A stretch of DNA of 64,000 nucleotides from positions 283,052 through 347,051 of the forward strand of contig CAWDMZ010000002.1 in the NCBI GenBank assembly GCA_963803555.1, in the 5' to 3' direction. A program made the position numbers and the translations under genes. Each line of letters begins with the position of its first letter. The stretch's first letter is position 1. This DNA comes from an uncultured Alphaproteobacteria bacterium. Its GTDB lineage: Bacteria > Pseudomonadota > Alphaproteobacteria > Micavibrionales > Micavibrionaceae. The notes under the pieces are model-generated. The model saw nothing but the letters and a program-made list of their open reading frames with translations, ran no database searches and was not told where the DNA came from. Shown piece by piece: positions 21,700-32,162 of this stretch.

Positions 21700-21713
21700 T
21701 TTTGGCGAAAGCC
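21700..21713. repeat. TTTCGCGAAA-core palindromic element, degenerate copy
   Basis: ttttggcgaaagcc, intergenic, 44 nt upstream of the ATG at 21757. Confidence 0.45.
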
Positions 21714-21756
21714 TAATACAATCCTTTCCCTATTTTTGTCTCAAATAAAAGCTCAA

Positions 21757-22665
21757 ATGAAAAAGTTCTCCACCTTCGTATTACTATTAGCAAGCCTTTG
21801 TTCCTGTGATGATGGTGATATTATTACAACTTCTCTTGAATTTTCGGATTTACCATTAGCGTACTGTGAGAATTTTGAATATTTATTTTACAATGTAAAT
21901 CCTTCTAACAATCAGACCATAGCACTCACATTTGCAACGACTGAAAATATTCTTTCTGAGGAAGGAAACTATTCTGTCACTCTTGGATCTGGTAATCAAG
22001 CTATTTTTAGAAGATATGATGCGGAGGTGCCTGCTGATTTTTTCTGTAATCCCATCCCTCCTACGGAACCTATTGTTGTGGAGGAATATATTAGTAATGC
22101 GGGAATTTTAGAAATAAATACTGGGGGAGATTTAAGAGATGCTGATGGAATAGCCGCAGAAATCGAGGATCCTACAGGTTTAGTGGATACCGACGGCGAC
22201 GGTTTAGTAGATATTCTTGACTTTGATGATGATGGCGATAATGTTCCTACCGCTTCTGAAGGGGTTATTTTAAATGCAGACGGTACTATAAATCTAGAAC
22301 TCACGCTGGATACGGACGGTGATATGATCCCTAACTATCTGGATGATGATGATGATGGTGACGGTATTCTTACCCGGAACGAAGATGCAAATATGGACCT
22401 CGACCCCACAAATGATAATAATGACCCTACTAATCCCAACCTAGATGATTATCTAAATCCGCAAGTTGCCATCAACACTACTATAAATGCCTACCGAGAG
22501 CATTTTTACTTTCTCACAAATGTTGAAGTAATTATAAATCTTATAAATCCACAGTTTCTCAATAGTAATGGAGAAGAGGCGATAGGTTTTGACCAGACGG
22601 TCACCTTCGGAACTTATACTGGAGCAGAGGATGCTCTTATTTCTGTGTTTCCAGAATTTAATTAA
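21757..22665 (+). CDS. Lipoprotein with thrombospondin-type-3-like Ca-binding Asp repeats
   Basis: MKKFSTFVLLLASLCSCDDGD lipobox. DxDxDG-type loops are present: DTDGDGLVDILDFDDDGDNVP and DTDGDMIPNYLDDDDDGDGILT. The start is set at 21757; the track's upstream extension is non-coding. Confidence 0.6.
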   Translation: MKKFSTFVLLLASLCSCDDGDIITTSLEFSDLPLAYCENFEYLFYNVNPSNNQTIALTFATTENILSEEGNYSVTLGSGNQAIFRRYDAEVPADFFCNPIPPTEPIVVEEYISNAGILEINTGGDLRDADGIAAEIEDPTGLVDTDGDGLVDILDFDDDGDNVPTASEGVILNADGTINLELTLDTDGDMIPNYLDDDDDGDGILTRNEDANMDLDPTNDNNDPTNPNLDDYLNPQVAINTTINAYREHFYFLTNVEVIINLINPQFLNSNGEEAIGFDQTVTFGTYTGAEDALISVFPEFN

Positions 22666-23204
22666 GTATTCTGATATATGTAGACTTCCGTGGCACCTAC
22701 ACCATATTTTTTAAAATCGGCATCATAGTATTTTACATTATCAAATCTGCGCAGTAACGTGTAGAGTTCTTCCCTAAGGACTCCTTCTCCTACCCCGTGT
22801 ATGAACACAACTTTCTGAAGACGTTTTCTGATTGCAAATTCCAGCTGACCTCTAGCGGTATCGAGTTGAAGATTAAGAATCTCATAATTAGACATTCCAC
22901 CAGAACGGTCTACTAATTTATGGATGTGGAGGTCAACTTCTAATGGAGGCGCATTCCTTTCTTTAGGTTTGACCCGAGCACTCTTTTTTCTCTTAGTATG
23001 TTCTTTCTCCTTGAGGACATCATCCGGCACGTGAGATAGTTCTTTTTTAATGGAAACGTTTATTTGAGGAATGAGTTCGCTTTCGCGAAAATATAAGATA
23101 AACCCGTCATCGTCCTGCACTCCTATATCGTCACCTTTAATTTCTGAAACAATCCCCTTAAACTCCTCATCTATAGCTTCTACTGTGTCTCCTATTCTAA
23201 ACAT
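22662..23204 (-). CDS. Smr (MutS2-related small) domain protein
   Basis: C-terminal EVDLHIHKL...LEFAIRKRLQKVVFIHGVGEGVLREEL is the Smr signature. Confidence 0.75.
   Translation of the reverse strand: MFRIGDTVEAIDEEFKGIVSEIKGDDIGVQDDDGFILYFRESELIPQINVSIKKELSHVPDDVLKEKEHTKRKKSARVKPKERNAPPLEVDLHIHKLVDRSGGMSNYEILNLQLDTARGQLEFAIRKRLQKVVFIHGVGEGVLREELYTLLRRFDNVKYYDADFKKYGVGATEVYIYQNT
23076..23092. repeat. TTTCGCGAAA-core palindromic element
   Basis: ttcgctttcgcgaaaat inside the Smr CDS, read as YFRESEL. Confidence 0.7.
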
Positions 23205-23342
23205 TTTGTATATTTGTGCCGTTGAACGACAAAATTAACCAATCTATCGAAAATTGAGCTAAAAACTATTCTATTCTATTCTTCGTATATACCTTTGTGT
23301 TAGGTTTACCCCAAATCTAACTGAATTATAAAGTTTTAAATT

Positions 23343-25463
23343 ATGAAAAACCTACTATCCGTAGTTTTATTAACTCTAGGATTTACATTGACTGCAAGTG
23401 CACAACTTTTTGTGCAACCCACTCCAAACGCTACAGCAGATGATGATCCTACTTACATTTATGTAAATGATACCTTTCTTTACGTTAATGAGGACGTTGA
23501 GTTGGTAAAAAATCAAGCAACCACAGGCGGTGAATTATATCCTAGCATTGCGCTTAGGAATCAAGCACAATTACTTCAAAGAGATGATACCAGAGCTAAT
23601 TCTGGTACTGGTAATATTTCAGTTTACCAAGAGGGAACGACAGATAATTACGATTATAACTTCTGGGCTTCTCCAGTAGGTCTTGCCACCGACAATGAGA
23701 CCATTTCTCTCGGGGGGAGTGAACTAGTAAATGGACCAACGGCAGATGCAGGAGGTAACGGTAATTTTTCTCATCAAGATACAAAGAGAATTATAGAATC
23801 ACCTGCAACGGTATTAACGAGTAATGTGGTTCTTACCTCTGCTAGTTATAATGGAACTTCAAACAATGGTGCCTTAACAATTGCTCAGGCTTGGATATAT
23901 AGTTTTAAGTCTTCTGAGGAATACTCACAGTGGGAGTCTTTAAACCAGACTACACAACTTCCTGCTGGATGGGGCTTTACCATGAAAGGTGTAAGTGGAG
24001 ATGATACTACAGATGTGGGAGAAGCAACTGAAAATAATCCTGTAGGTTCTGATCAACAGCGATACGATTTTAGAGGTAGAGCAAATAATGGTACCATTAA
24101 TAATGTTTTAGTAGGTCCTAATAAAGTTTCCTTAGTAGGGAATCCTTACCCATCTGCGATGGACCTCTCTTATTTTCTTTTAGAAAATTCTCAATCGGGT
24201 TCTATCGTATACCAGAGTTCACTAAATGGTAATATCACAATACCAAACGCTAGAGAAGTTACCACTGGTATTGCTTATTTCTGGGAGAGTGACCCAGCTG
24301 TTGACTCACATAATATAGCTTCCTACGTAGGAGGCTACGGCACGTTCTCACCGATGAGTAGTCCTTTTACAGAAGGAATGTACGTAGAAGCTACTTACCA
24401 CACTTATAATGTCTTAGGTGAATCCACAGGTAACACAGGAGATAGTGCTGGAGATTCTCTCGAACGAAGATTTACTCCTATTGGACAAGGATTTTTTGTA
24501 GCTGGAGCAGATGTAGCAGATCAGGAACAAGAAGAAATTATTTTTTCCAACCGTCATAGAATTTATGTACAAGAAGGTAACAACTCAGACTTCCGCTCAA
24601 TGAATACGGATGTTGAGGAAGCCGTTGCTGGTATTGGTATTGATTCTTATTACGGTGATGTAAACAATATGGACACCTTTGGCCAACTGCGCATAGCAGT
24701 GGGCGTAAATGATACGTACACAAGACAGCTAGGTCTTGGTATTTTAGACTGGGCAACTGAAGGCTTTGATCCGTCGATGGATGCAGAAAATATTGGAATA
24801 TTACCCACAGATGCCTCATTTGATATAGAAGGAGCAATGGGAACAGCAGTAGATAATGGATTTGTTATAAACGGAATTCCCTATGACAAATATCAGTGGG
24901 TTCCTATGATGGTTAAAGCCGAAGGACCTACAGAATTTAAGTTTAAGGTTTTTGAAACAAAAGATTTCCCATACGAGAATGTATATCTATACGATAGACT
25001 TACAAATGAGTTTCACGACATCCTCAATGGTGAGGTTCTTTATACCTTGTTAGAAGGAGATTATAGAGAACGTTTTTATGTGAGATTTTCACAAGAGGCT
25101 GAAGAAGAAGATGAAGATGACACTGTGGACACTGATGAAGAAACTACAGAAGAGACCATAGACAATGAAGATCTTAGCGTAGACGAGCAAGCTCCTTTTG
25201 AAGGAGAGAGCATTCTTGAAAAATTTACTATTGTTCAAAATAATACTGCTGGACAATTAGAAATTTACAACCCAGAAAACAGAAATATTCAAGATGTGTC
25301 CCTTTTTGACCTAAGCGGAAAGCAAGTATTTAAAGAAATCAATATAGGGGATAAAAATGAGTTTATCTTTGGAACTCGTAATCTTGCAACTGGAATTTAC
25401 GTCGTACAATTCACACTTGAAAGCGGACTAAGAAAAGGGCGTAAAGTAAGTGTAAACAATTAA
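23343..25463 (+). CDS. Secreted protein with a T9SS C-terminal sorting domain (function unknown)
   Basis: Signal peptide, acidic linker EAEEEDEDDTVDTDEETTEE, and a C-terminal ~80 aa (LEIYNPENRNIQDVSLFDLSGKQVF...GIYVVQFTLESG...KVSVNN) typical of Por/T9SS type-A CTDs. Confidence 0.7.
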   Translation: MKNLLSVVLLTLGFTLTASAQLFVQPTPNATADDDPTYIYVNDTFLYVNEDVELVKNQATTGGELYPSIALRNQAQLLQRDDTRANSGTGNISVYQEGTTDNYDYNFWASPVGLATDNETISLGGSELVNGPTADAGGNGNFSHQDTKRIIESPATVLTSNVVLTSASYNGTSNNGALTIAQAWIYSFKSSEEYSQWESLNQTTQLPAGWGFTMKGVSGDDTTDVGEATENNPVGSDQQRYDFRGRANNGTINNVLVGPNKVSLVGNPYPSAMDLSYFLLENSQSGSIVYQSSLNGNITIPNAREVTTGIAYFWESDPAVDSHNIASYVGGYGTFSPMSSPFTEGMYVEATYHTYNVLGESTGNTGDSAGDSLERRFTPIGQGFFVAGADVADQEQEEIIFSNRHRIYVQEGNNSDFRSMNTDVEEAVAGIGIDSYYGDVNNMDTFGQLRIAVGVNDTYTRQLGLGILDWATEGFDPSMDAENIGILPTDASFDIEGAMGTAVDNGFVINGIPYDKYQWVPMMVKAEGPTEFKFKVFETKDFPYENVYLYDRLTNEFHDILNGEVLYTLLEGDYRERFYVRFSQEAEEEDEDDTVDTDEETTEETIDNEDLSVDEQAPFEGESILEKFTIVQNNTAGQLEIYNPENRNIQDVSLFDLSGKQVFKEINIGDKNEFIFGTRNLATGIYVVQFTLESGLRKGRKVSVNN

Positions 25464-25479
25464 AAAATTCTCTTTCCGT

Positions 25480-25755
25480 ATGGAAGAATTTATGCTCCCT
25501 TGCCTTAATAAGAAATATATGGGCTTTGAGTGTATGGGATGCGGAATACAGAGAAGTATCGCGCTTCTTCTAAAAGGAGAATTTACAGAAGCATTTTATA
25601 TGTACCCAGCAATCTATCCTCTGATAGGGTTGCTGGGTATGTTAGTTTTAAATCAATTTATTTCTTTTAAATACGCTAATAAGGGTATTATAATTTTATC
25701 TATATTGACGGTCGCTACCATAATAGGTAGTTTTATTATTAAAATAATCAACTAA
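25480..25755 (+). CDS. DUF2752-like small membrane protein
   Basis: CLNKKYMGFECMGCGIQRS Cys pairs followed by two TM helices. Confidence 0.5.
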   Translation: MEEFMLPCLNKKYMGFECMGCGIQRSIALLLKGEFTEAFYMYPAIYPLIGLLGMLVLNQFISFKYANKGIIILSILTVATIIGSFIIKIIN

Positions 25756-25782
25756 CTACTAATTACTATTAAACCAATCAAA

Positions 25783-26109
25783 ATGGAACAACAAAAATTA
25801 CCTAATGTAACAATTTCTCTCGTACTAGGGATAATCTCGTTTATAGCTTGCTGCGTATCTTCAGGTTTTGGGGGTTTAGTACTTTCTGGAATTGCACTAT
25901 TTCTAGCAAATAAGGATAAGAAAACTTATTTGGAAAATCCAGAATTATACGAGAATTATAGTCAATTAAAAACGGCTCGTACTATAGCAATCATTGGTTT
26001 AGTTCTAGCTGCACTTACCGTTATTCTTTTCATTGGTGCACTGGTATTCTTTGGCGGATATGCTGGTTACCAAGAGTGGGCTAATGAGCAAATGTCACAA
26101 TATCAGTAG
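25783..26109 (+). CDS. Small membrane protein (DUF4190 / CCC-motif-like)
   Basis: Two TM helices flank ANKDKKTYLENPELYENY. The family assignment is from memory only. Confidence 0.4.
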   Translation: MEQQKLPNVTISLVLGIISFIACCVSSGFGGLVLSGIALFLANKDKKTYLENPELYENYSQLKTARTIAIIGLVLAALTVILFIGALVFFGGYAGYQEWANEQMSQYQ

Positions 26110-26126
26110 TACTAAAAACTGCAGAT

Positions 26127-26162
26127 TAAAAAAGGGTTGGACTTACGTCCAACCCTTTTTAG
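26127..26162. terminator. Bidirectional terminator between convergent genes
   Basis: Stem GGGTTGGAC/GTCCAACCC with loop TTAC, flanked by an A-run upstream and a T-run downstream. Confidence 0.8.
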
Positions 26163-26185
26163 TTTTCTAGCTGTCAGTTCTAAGA

Positions 26186-27469
26186 TCACTTCTCAAATTG
26201 CTTAAGCGTCTTTATGATGATCGCTATACACTCGTGCAATTGTTCCTCGGTCATTACTAATGGTGGCGCAAAACGTATGATGTTTCCGTGAGTAGGCTTC
26301 GCTAGGAGACCATTATCACGTAGCGCCATACAGATATCCCAAGCAGTAGAACTATCTTCTGTATCATTTATAACTACTGCATTTAGAAGACCACGGCCTC
26401 TTACTAGAGTGGCGATAGAGCTGGTCTCTATGAACGTTGCTAGTTCTGATCTAAAAATATCTCCAAGCTTGCGTGCATTTTGTGCAAGGTGCTCATCACG
26501 CACTACTTCTAAGGCCTCAGTTGCAACTGCCCCAGCAACAGGGTTTCCCCCAAAGGTACTTCCGTGCTGCCCTGGTTTGATCACATTCATTATATGATCA
26601 TCTGCAAGAACCGCAGATACGGGATAGGCTCCTCCAGAAAGTGCTTTCCCTAAAATAAGGATATCTGGCTGCGCATAGGTATCTTCCTGTTTTGTACAAT
26701 GTCCTTCACAAGAACATTTACCACAAACAGCAAGTAGTGCGCCAGTACGCGCAATACCCGTTTGAATCTCATCAGCAATAAAAAGAACGTTATGCTCATT
26801 ACAGAGTCGCTGTGCTTCTCTCATATAATCATCTGCTGGAGTATACACTCCCGCTTCTCCTTGAATAGGCTCCACTAAAAATCCTGCAATATTATTGTGC
26901 GACTTGAGCGCGTCTTCGAGAGCAGAAATATCATCGTAAGCTACTTTAATAAATCCGGGGGTATAAGGTCCAAAGTTCTTGCGGGCACCTTCATCATTTG
27001 AAAAAGAAATAATGGTGGTCGTTCTCCCGTGAAAGTTATTCTCACAAACTATGATCTGCGCTTCGTGCTCTTCAACGCCTTTTTTTTCATATGCCCATTT
27101 ACGAGCAATTTTTATGGCCGTTTCGACAGCTTCTGCCCCAGTATTCATAGGAAGAAGTTTATCAAAACCAAAATACGCTGTAGCATATTTCTCATACGGC
27201 CCTAACGTATCGTTATAAAATGCCCTGGAGGTAAGGGTCAGTTTTTTTGCTTGCTCCGTCATTGCATTTACAATACGTGGGTGGCAGTGACCTTGATTTA
27301 CCGCGCTATATGCAGATAAAAAGTCAAAATATTTCTTGCCCTCTGCATCCCAGACATATACTCCTTCCCCTCTATTTAAAACCACAGGAAGTGGGTGGTA
27401 ATTGTGTGCTCCGTGTTTATCTTCTAATTCTATTGCCTGTTTTGAAGTGAGTTGATGGACAGTCGCCAT
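26186..27469 (-). CDS. rocD: Ornithine--oxo-acid aminotransferase
   Basis: [40 protein letters not shown] and HGSTFGGNP are class-III aminotransferase/OAT motifs. It carries an extra Cys-rich loop (see findings). Confidence 0.88.
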   Translation of the reverse strand: MATVHQLTSKQAIELEDKHGAHNYHPLPVVLNRGEGVYVWDAEGKKYFDFLSAYSAVNQGHCHPRIVNAMTEQAKKLTLTSRAFYNDTLGPYEKYATAYFGFDKLLPMNTGAEAVETAIKIARKWAYEKKGVEEHEAQIIVCENNFHGRTTTIISFSNDEGARKNFGPYTPGFIKVAYDDISALEDALKSHNNIAGFLVEPIQGEAGVYTPADDYMREAQRLCNEHNVLFIADEIQTGIARTGALLAVCGKCSCEGHCTKQEDTYAQPDILILGKALSGGAYPVSAVLADDHIMNVIKPGQHGSTFGGNPVAGAVATEALEVVRDEHLAQNARKLGDIFRSELATFIETSSIATLVRGRGLLNAVVINDTEDSSTAWDICMALRDNGLLAKPTHGNIIRFAPPLVMTEEQLHECIAIIIKTLKQFEK

Positions 27470-27625
27470 AATGTGTAATTTTTAAAATAAGTAATCTTGT
27501 GATTCCTACTTTTCCAGAAACGGAAATCAGGGAGAGAAATCATCCCATTTTTGATTATAAAAATACATAATATAATGCGCATCCTAAACCTCGTGGATAA
27601 TTCATAATTGTTCTATTTTTGTCCT

Positions 27626-29038
27626 ATGGGCAGAAGAAAACAGAACCGCGTAATTTTTGAAAACGTAGAAGTAACAGATGCTGGTGCAAAAGGCAAGGCG
27701 ATAGGCCACGCGCCAGACGGAAAAGTAATTTTCATTAACAATGCTGTTCCTGGCGATGTAGTAACGGTACAGACCACAAAAAAACGCAAGGCGTACTACG
27801 AAGCAACGGCGGTAGAGGTAAGCACGCTTTCGCGAAAGCGCACAAAACCACAATGCATCCATTTTGAAAACTGTGGAGGTTGCAAGTGGCAGCATATGGA
27901 TTATAAATACCAACTTGAATACAAACAACAGGAGGTTGTCAATAACCTTACACGATTAGGGAAAATAGAACTCCCTGAGATTACTCCTATTGCAGCAAGC
28001 GCAAATGAATTTTGGTACCGGAACAAAATGGAATTTGGGTTCTCAGATAGCAAATGGCTTACCCTTGAGCAAATCAAAAGCGATGAAGTTATAGAAGACC
28101 GTAACGCCCTAGGTTTTCATATCGCAGGAATGTGGGATAAAATTCTGGACATAGAGAAATGTCATTTACAAAAGGACCCTAGTAATGCCATAAGAAACGC
28201 GATTAGGAACTTTGCTTCTGACAATGATATGGCGTTTTATAATGCCCGGAATCAAGAAGGTTTTCTACGCACACTAATGATTAGAACTTCTACTACAGGA
28301 GATCTGATGGTTCTCGTTCAATTTTATAAAGAAGATGTTAAGAAAAGAGAACTACTTCTCAACTATATAACGGAAAGCTTTCCTGAAATTAGTTCCTTAC
28401 TTTACGTCATTAATACAAAAGGTAATGACACCATCTATGATCAAGAAGTGGTCTGCTATCACGGAGAGGATCATATCTTTGAAGAAATGGAAGGTTTACG
28501 ATTTAAGATAAATGCAAAATCATTCTATCAGACCAATTCTGAGCAAGCATACGAGCTTTATAAAATTACGCGTGATTTTGCAGGGCTCAAAGGTGATGAT
28601 ATTGTGTATGATCTATATACAGGAACTGGTACTATTGCTCAGTTTGTGGCAAAACAGGCAGGTAAGGTTATTGGAGTGGAAGCAGTGCCGGATGCAATCG
28701 TCGCTGCAAAGGAGAATGCAAAGCTCAATAATATTGAAAATGCACATTTCTTTGTAGGCGATATGAAAAAAGTCTTTAATGACGAATTTATAAATGCACA
28801 CGGACACCCTGATGTTATTATTACAGATCCTCCAAGAGATGGTATGCACGCAGATGTAGTGCAACAGATTTTAACTATAGCACCAGAAAAAGTAGTGTAC
28901 GTGAGTTGTAACAGTGCAACACAGGCAAGGGATCTTGCGTTAATGGATGGTATGTATAAAGTAACTCGTATTCAACCCGTAGATATGTTTCCTCAAACGC
29001 ATCACGTAGAGAACGTGGTTTTACTCGAAAAAAAATAA
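27626..29038 (+). CDS. rlmD: 23S rRNA (uracil-5-)-methyltransferase RlmD/RumA
   Basis: TRAM-like N-terminus, Fe-S cysteines CIHFENCGGCKWQH, SAM motif DLYTGTGTI, then DPPRDG and VSCN. ATG at 27626 is preferred. Confidence 0.85.
   Translation: MGRRKQNRVIFENVEVTDAGAKGKAIGHAPDGKVIFINNAVPGDVVTVQTTKKRKAYYEATAVEVSTLSRKRTKPQCIHFENCGGCKWQHMDYKYQLEYKQQEVVNNLTRLGKIELPEITPIAASANEFWYRNKMEFGFSDSKWLTLEQIKSDEVIEDRNALGFHIAGMWDKILDIEKCHLQKDPSNAIRNAIRNFASDNDMAFYNARNQEGFLRTLMIRTSTTGDLMVLVQFYKEDVKKRELLLNYITESFPEISSLLYVINTKGNDTIYDQEVVCYHGEDHIFEEMEGLRFKINAKSFYQTNSEQAYELYKITRDFAGLKGDDIVYDLYTGTGTIAQFVAKQAGKVIGVEAVPDAIVAAKENAKLNNIENAHFFVGDMKKVFNDEFINAHGHPDVIITDPPRDGMHADVVQQILTIAPEKVVYVSCNSATQARDLALMDGMYKVTRIQPVDMFPQTHHVENVVLLEKK
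27825..27840. repeat. TTTCGCGAAA-core palindromic element, perfect 16-mer
   Basis: CGCTTTCGCGAAAGCG inside rlmD, read as TLSRKR. Confidence 0.85.
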
Positions 29039-29043
29039 TTAGG

Positions 29044-29553
29044 GTGCAAAAGATTTACGCTGTTTTCATAATAACCATCCTACTCGTATTAAGCACGGCA
29101 TCTTGCGAGCGCGATGATATCTGTGCGGAAAGCACTCCTACTACGCCACTTCTCATTATCGATTTTTTTGATGCTGAGAACCCTGCTGAACCTAAAGCGG
29201 TAAACAATCTCGCCTTGGTAGTAAGTGACGATCCTGAAAGAGCTAGGTTGTTTCCAGCAGCCACAACTATAGAAATCCCGCTCCAAACAGGAGAAGGTAT
29301 AAATGCCACGTCTTTCAATTTTATTCTGAATGCTGGAGAAGATGATATTGCTGAACCAAATATAGATACCGTTGTCTTCTCATATATTCAAGTAGAAGAA
29401 TACGTGAGCAAAGCGTGTGGTTTCAGAGTGATATACACCACTTTAGATTCCCAGATTAATCCTCAGGATGACGGCTTTTGGATAGACGAATTACAGATTA
29501 TTAATCCTACTATAGAAGATGAAACTACAGCTCACGTACGTATTTTTCACTAG
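29044..29553 (+). CDS. Hypothetical lipoprotein
   Basis: GTG start and lipobox LSTASCERDD. Only positional and coding-potential support. Confidence 0.45.
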   Translation: MQKIYAVFIITILLVLSTASCERDDICAESTPTTPLLIIDFFDAENPAEPKAVNNLALVVSDDPERARLFPAATTIEIPLQTGEGINATSFNFILNAGEDDIAEPNIDTVVFSYIQVEEYVSKACGFRVIYTTLDSQINPQDDGFWIDELQIINPTIEDETTAHVRIFH

Positions 29554-30232
29554 TCTTTTTATTTTCTTTGGCGGGAGTATACTCTGCGCTCAAGAAAATG
29601 AGGTCAAAAAAGATTCTACTATCAATGCACAACCCCAATATTATGGTCTAAGAGTAGGTGTAGATCTCTCTAAACCGATACGAAGTCTTATCGACGAAGA
29701 TTACATTGGTCTTGAGATTGTAGGAGATTTTAGAATCAAAAAAGACTACTACCTAGCCGCAGAACTGGGTAATGAGACTCGCACTACTGATCTTCCTAAC
29801 ATCACTAATACCTCAAAAGGAAGCTATATTAAAGCTGGGTTGAACTATAATGCGTATGAAAATTGGTACGGGATGAACAATCTGGTTTATGCGGGACTTA
29901 GAGCAGGTTTCTCTACGTTCAGTCAGGAACTGGATAGTTATACAATATATACCACCGATCCTTTCTTTGGAGATGACACACGACTTGACAGTAGAGAGTT
30001 TACTGGTTTAAATGCTACTTGGCTAGAACTTAAAGCAGGAATTGAAGTAGAACTTTTTGCAAATATCTACTTAGGATTTAACGTACAACTCAAAAGAATT
30101 GTTACGGTTGCAGAACCAGAGGGGTATGCAAACCTTTTTATTCCTGGTTTTGGAAATGTAACTGAAGAAAGAAGTGTGGGTGTAGGATACGGCTATACGA
30201 TCTCCTATCTTATTCCTATTTTTAAAAAATAG
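29519..30232 (+). CDS. Hypothetical outer-membrane beta-barrel protein
   Basis: Signal peptide (ILCAQENE), alternating Gly/aromatic strands, and C-terminal YLIPIFKK. It overlaps the upstream lipoprotein gene by 35 nt. Confidence 0.45.
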   Translation: MKLQLTYVFFTSLFIFFGGSILCAQENEVKKDSTINAQPQYYGLRVGVDLSKPIRSLIDEDYIGLEIVGDFRIKKDYYLAAELGNETRTTDLPNITNTSKGSYIKAGLNYNAYENWYGMNNLVYAGLRAGFSTFSQELDSYTIYTTDPFFGDDTRLDSREFTGLNATWLELKAGIEVELFANIYLGFNVQLKRIVTVAEPEGYANLFIPGFGNVTEERSVGVGYGYTISYLIPIFKK

Positions 30233-30238
30233 AAGAAC

Positions 30239-30254
30239 ATTTTCGCGTAAGCGG
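30239..30254. repeat. TTTCGCGAAA-core palindromic element, degenerate copy
   Basis: attttcgcgtaagcgg, between convergent genes and 7 nt after the stop at 30232. Confidence 0.45.
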
Positions 30255-30261
30255 TAACAAG

Positions 30262-31440
30262 TTACTCCTCTTCGTCCTTTATATACTTTCCTTTTTTACT
30301 GCCCTCGTACATCTCATATTTAACAAGCCTACTTTCTAAACTTCCATTAAACAGTTTTATTTTTCTACTCGGTCGTAGGCCCACGTGTTTAATAGATTCC
30401 ATATTAGAGGTAATGAACCAGGCGTGAGATCCAGGGTAACCAGCCTTGAGAGTATCTCCCAGTTCCTTATAAAAAACCTCCATCTCTATAGGAAGTCGTT
30501 CTCCGTATGGAGGATTAAAAATAAGCTGCAAGAAGTCTGTACCTTCTTTTTCTGTGTCAAAAAAGTTTTGCTCTTTTATGGTGATAAAATCAGAAAGTTG
30601 GGCATTCTTTATATTTTCACGGGCTTTTTCTATGACTGAAGGCGCTTTATCGTATCCAGTAATTTTGTATTTAAAGTCTTTGACCCTACTAAGTGCTCCA
30701 GCTTCTATGGTATCGTATAAATCTGGATCCCAGTCACTCCATTTTTCAAAAGCAAATTCTTTTCTATTGAGATTTGCAGGCACGTTGCAGGCAATCATTG
30801 CCGCTTCTATAAGCAAGGTGCCAGAACCACACATAGGATCTAGTAAATCACTCTGACCGTGCCAACCGCTCATAAGCACAAGTCCAGCAGCCAGTGCTTC
30901 ATTGATAGGTGCAATATTTGTGGCAGTTCTATACCCTCTATGGTGAAGGGATGCGCCACTACTATCAAGGGATATTGTACACCAGTTATCCTGTATATGC
31001 ACGTTAAAGCGTACATCTGGATGTTTTGTATCTACGTTAGGTCTTGTGTTTTCTTCCTTTCTAAATTTATCTACGATCGCATCCTTAGTTTTAAAAGATA
31101 CGTATTGAGAATGTGTAAAAGTAGGACCACTTACCGTGGCATTTATGGCAAAAGTGGTATTCACATCCATATACTTACGCCAGTTAATGCGCTGCGCACG
31201 GCGGTAAAGATCATCTTCTCCCATGACTCGAAACTCTGCAATAGGCTTCAGGATTTTAATCGCCACGCGACAGCATAGATTTGCCTTATACATAAAACCT
31301 TTATCTCCCTCAAAGGATACGTTACGCACACCCATCTCCACATTACTTGCTCCCAAATTGCGTAACTCTTCCGCAAGAATGCTCTCAAAGCCAAAAAACG
31401 TTTTGGCTACCATTTTAAAGTTTTTATTCTGCTCGCTCAT
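30262..31440 (-). CDS. THUMP-domain class I SAM-dependent RNA methyltransferase (RlmL/UPF0020-like)
   Basis: DPMCGSGTLLIEAA (SAM motif I) and FNPPYGERL (NPPY catalytic motif). ATG at 31440 is preferred. Confidence 0.8.
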   Translation of the reverse strand: MSEQNKNFKMVAKTFFGFESILAEELRNLGASNVEMGVRNVSFEGDKGFMYKANLCCRVAIKILKPIAEFRVMGEDDLYRRAQRINWRKYMDVNTTFAINATVSGPTFTHSQYVSFKTKDAIVDKFRKEENTRPNVDTKHPDVRFNVHIQDNWCTISLDSSGASLHHRGYRTATNIAPINEALAAGLVLMSGWHGQSDLLDPMCGSGTLLIEAAMIACNVPANLNRKEFAFEKWSDWDPDLYDTIEAGALSRVKDFKYKITGYDKAPSVIEKARENIKNAQLSDFITIKEQNFFDTEKEGTDFLQLIFNPPYGERLPIEMEVFYKELGDTLKAGYPGSHAWFITSNMESIKHVGLRPSRKIKLFNGSLESRLVKYEMYEGSKKGKYIKDEEE

Positions 31441-31493
31441 ATGCCGCAAAAATACATTAATTTTAACCTTTTAACACCCAACCCACCCATCCA

Positions 31494-32162
31494 TTGATAG
31501 CAATAATACTTCCTATAATTGCAGTAGCCCTAGGCACCATAGCCGCAGTCATATTTAAACCTTCTATCACCCACGGTGTGAAACTTCTACTTTCCTTTAG
31601 TGGAGCTTTCCTATTATCTATCGTAATTTTTGAATTGTTACCAGAAGTTTATGGAGGTTCTGAAGAAAATATAGGCCTTTTTGTTATTGCTGGTTTAATG
31701 GTTCAGATTTTTCTTGAGTTTGGCTCTAAAGGTGCAGAGCACGGTCACGTACATCATAAGGATAATGCAAAATTCCCGTACCTACTTTTTATAAGCTTGT
31801 GTATTCACGCTTTTATAGAAGGATTTCCTATAGGCGAGAAAAGTAGTTTGCTCTATGGAGTGGTTGTTCATAAAATTCCTATTGCCGTCATTATTGCCAC
31901 TTTCTTGCTCACTTCAAAATTGAGTAAGGTGGGAGCAGCGATTTTCTTGATTACCTTTGCATTAATGACACCACTAGGTGCCTTTGTACAAGCTACGTTC
32001 CCCATTTTACAGGAATATAGCACCTATGTAAATGCTTTCGTAATAGGTGTCCTTCTACACGTTTCTACAACTATTCTCTTTGAATCTTCCAGAAACCATC
32101 AATTTAACGCCTCTAAACTTGCGATGATTTTACTCGGTATTTTAATTGCATATTTTATCTGA
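31494..32162 (+). CDS. ZIP family metal transporter
   Basis: Multi-TM protein with a His-rich loop GAEHGHVHHKDN, plus HAFIEGFPIG and HKIPIAV motifs. TTG start. Confidence 0.75.
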   Translation: MIAIILPIIAVALGTIAAVIFKPSITHGVKLLLSFSGAFLLSIVIFELLPEVYGGSEENIGLFVIAGLMVQIFLEFGSKGAEHGHVHHKDNAKFPYLLFISLCIHAFIEGFPIGEKSSLLYGVVVHKIPIAVIIATFLLTSKLSKVGAAIFLITFALMTPLGAFVQATFPILQEYSTYVNAFVIGVLLHVSTTILFESSRNHQFNASKLAMILLGILIAYFI

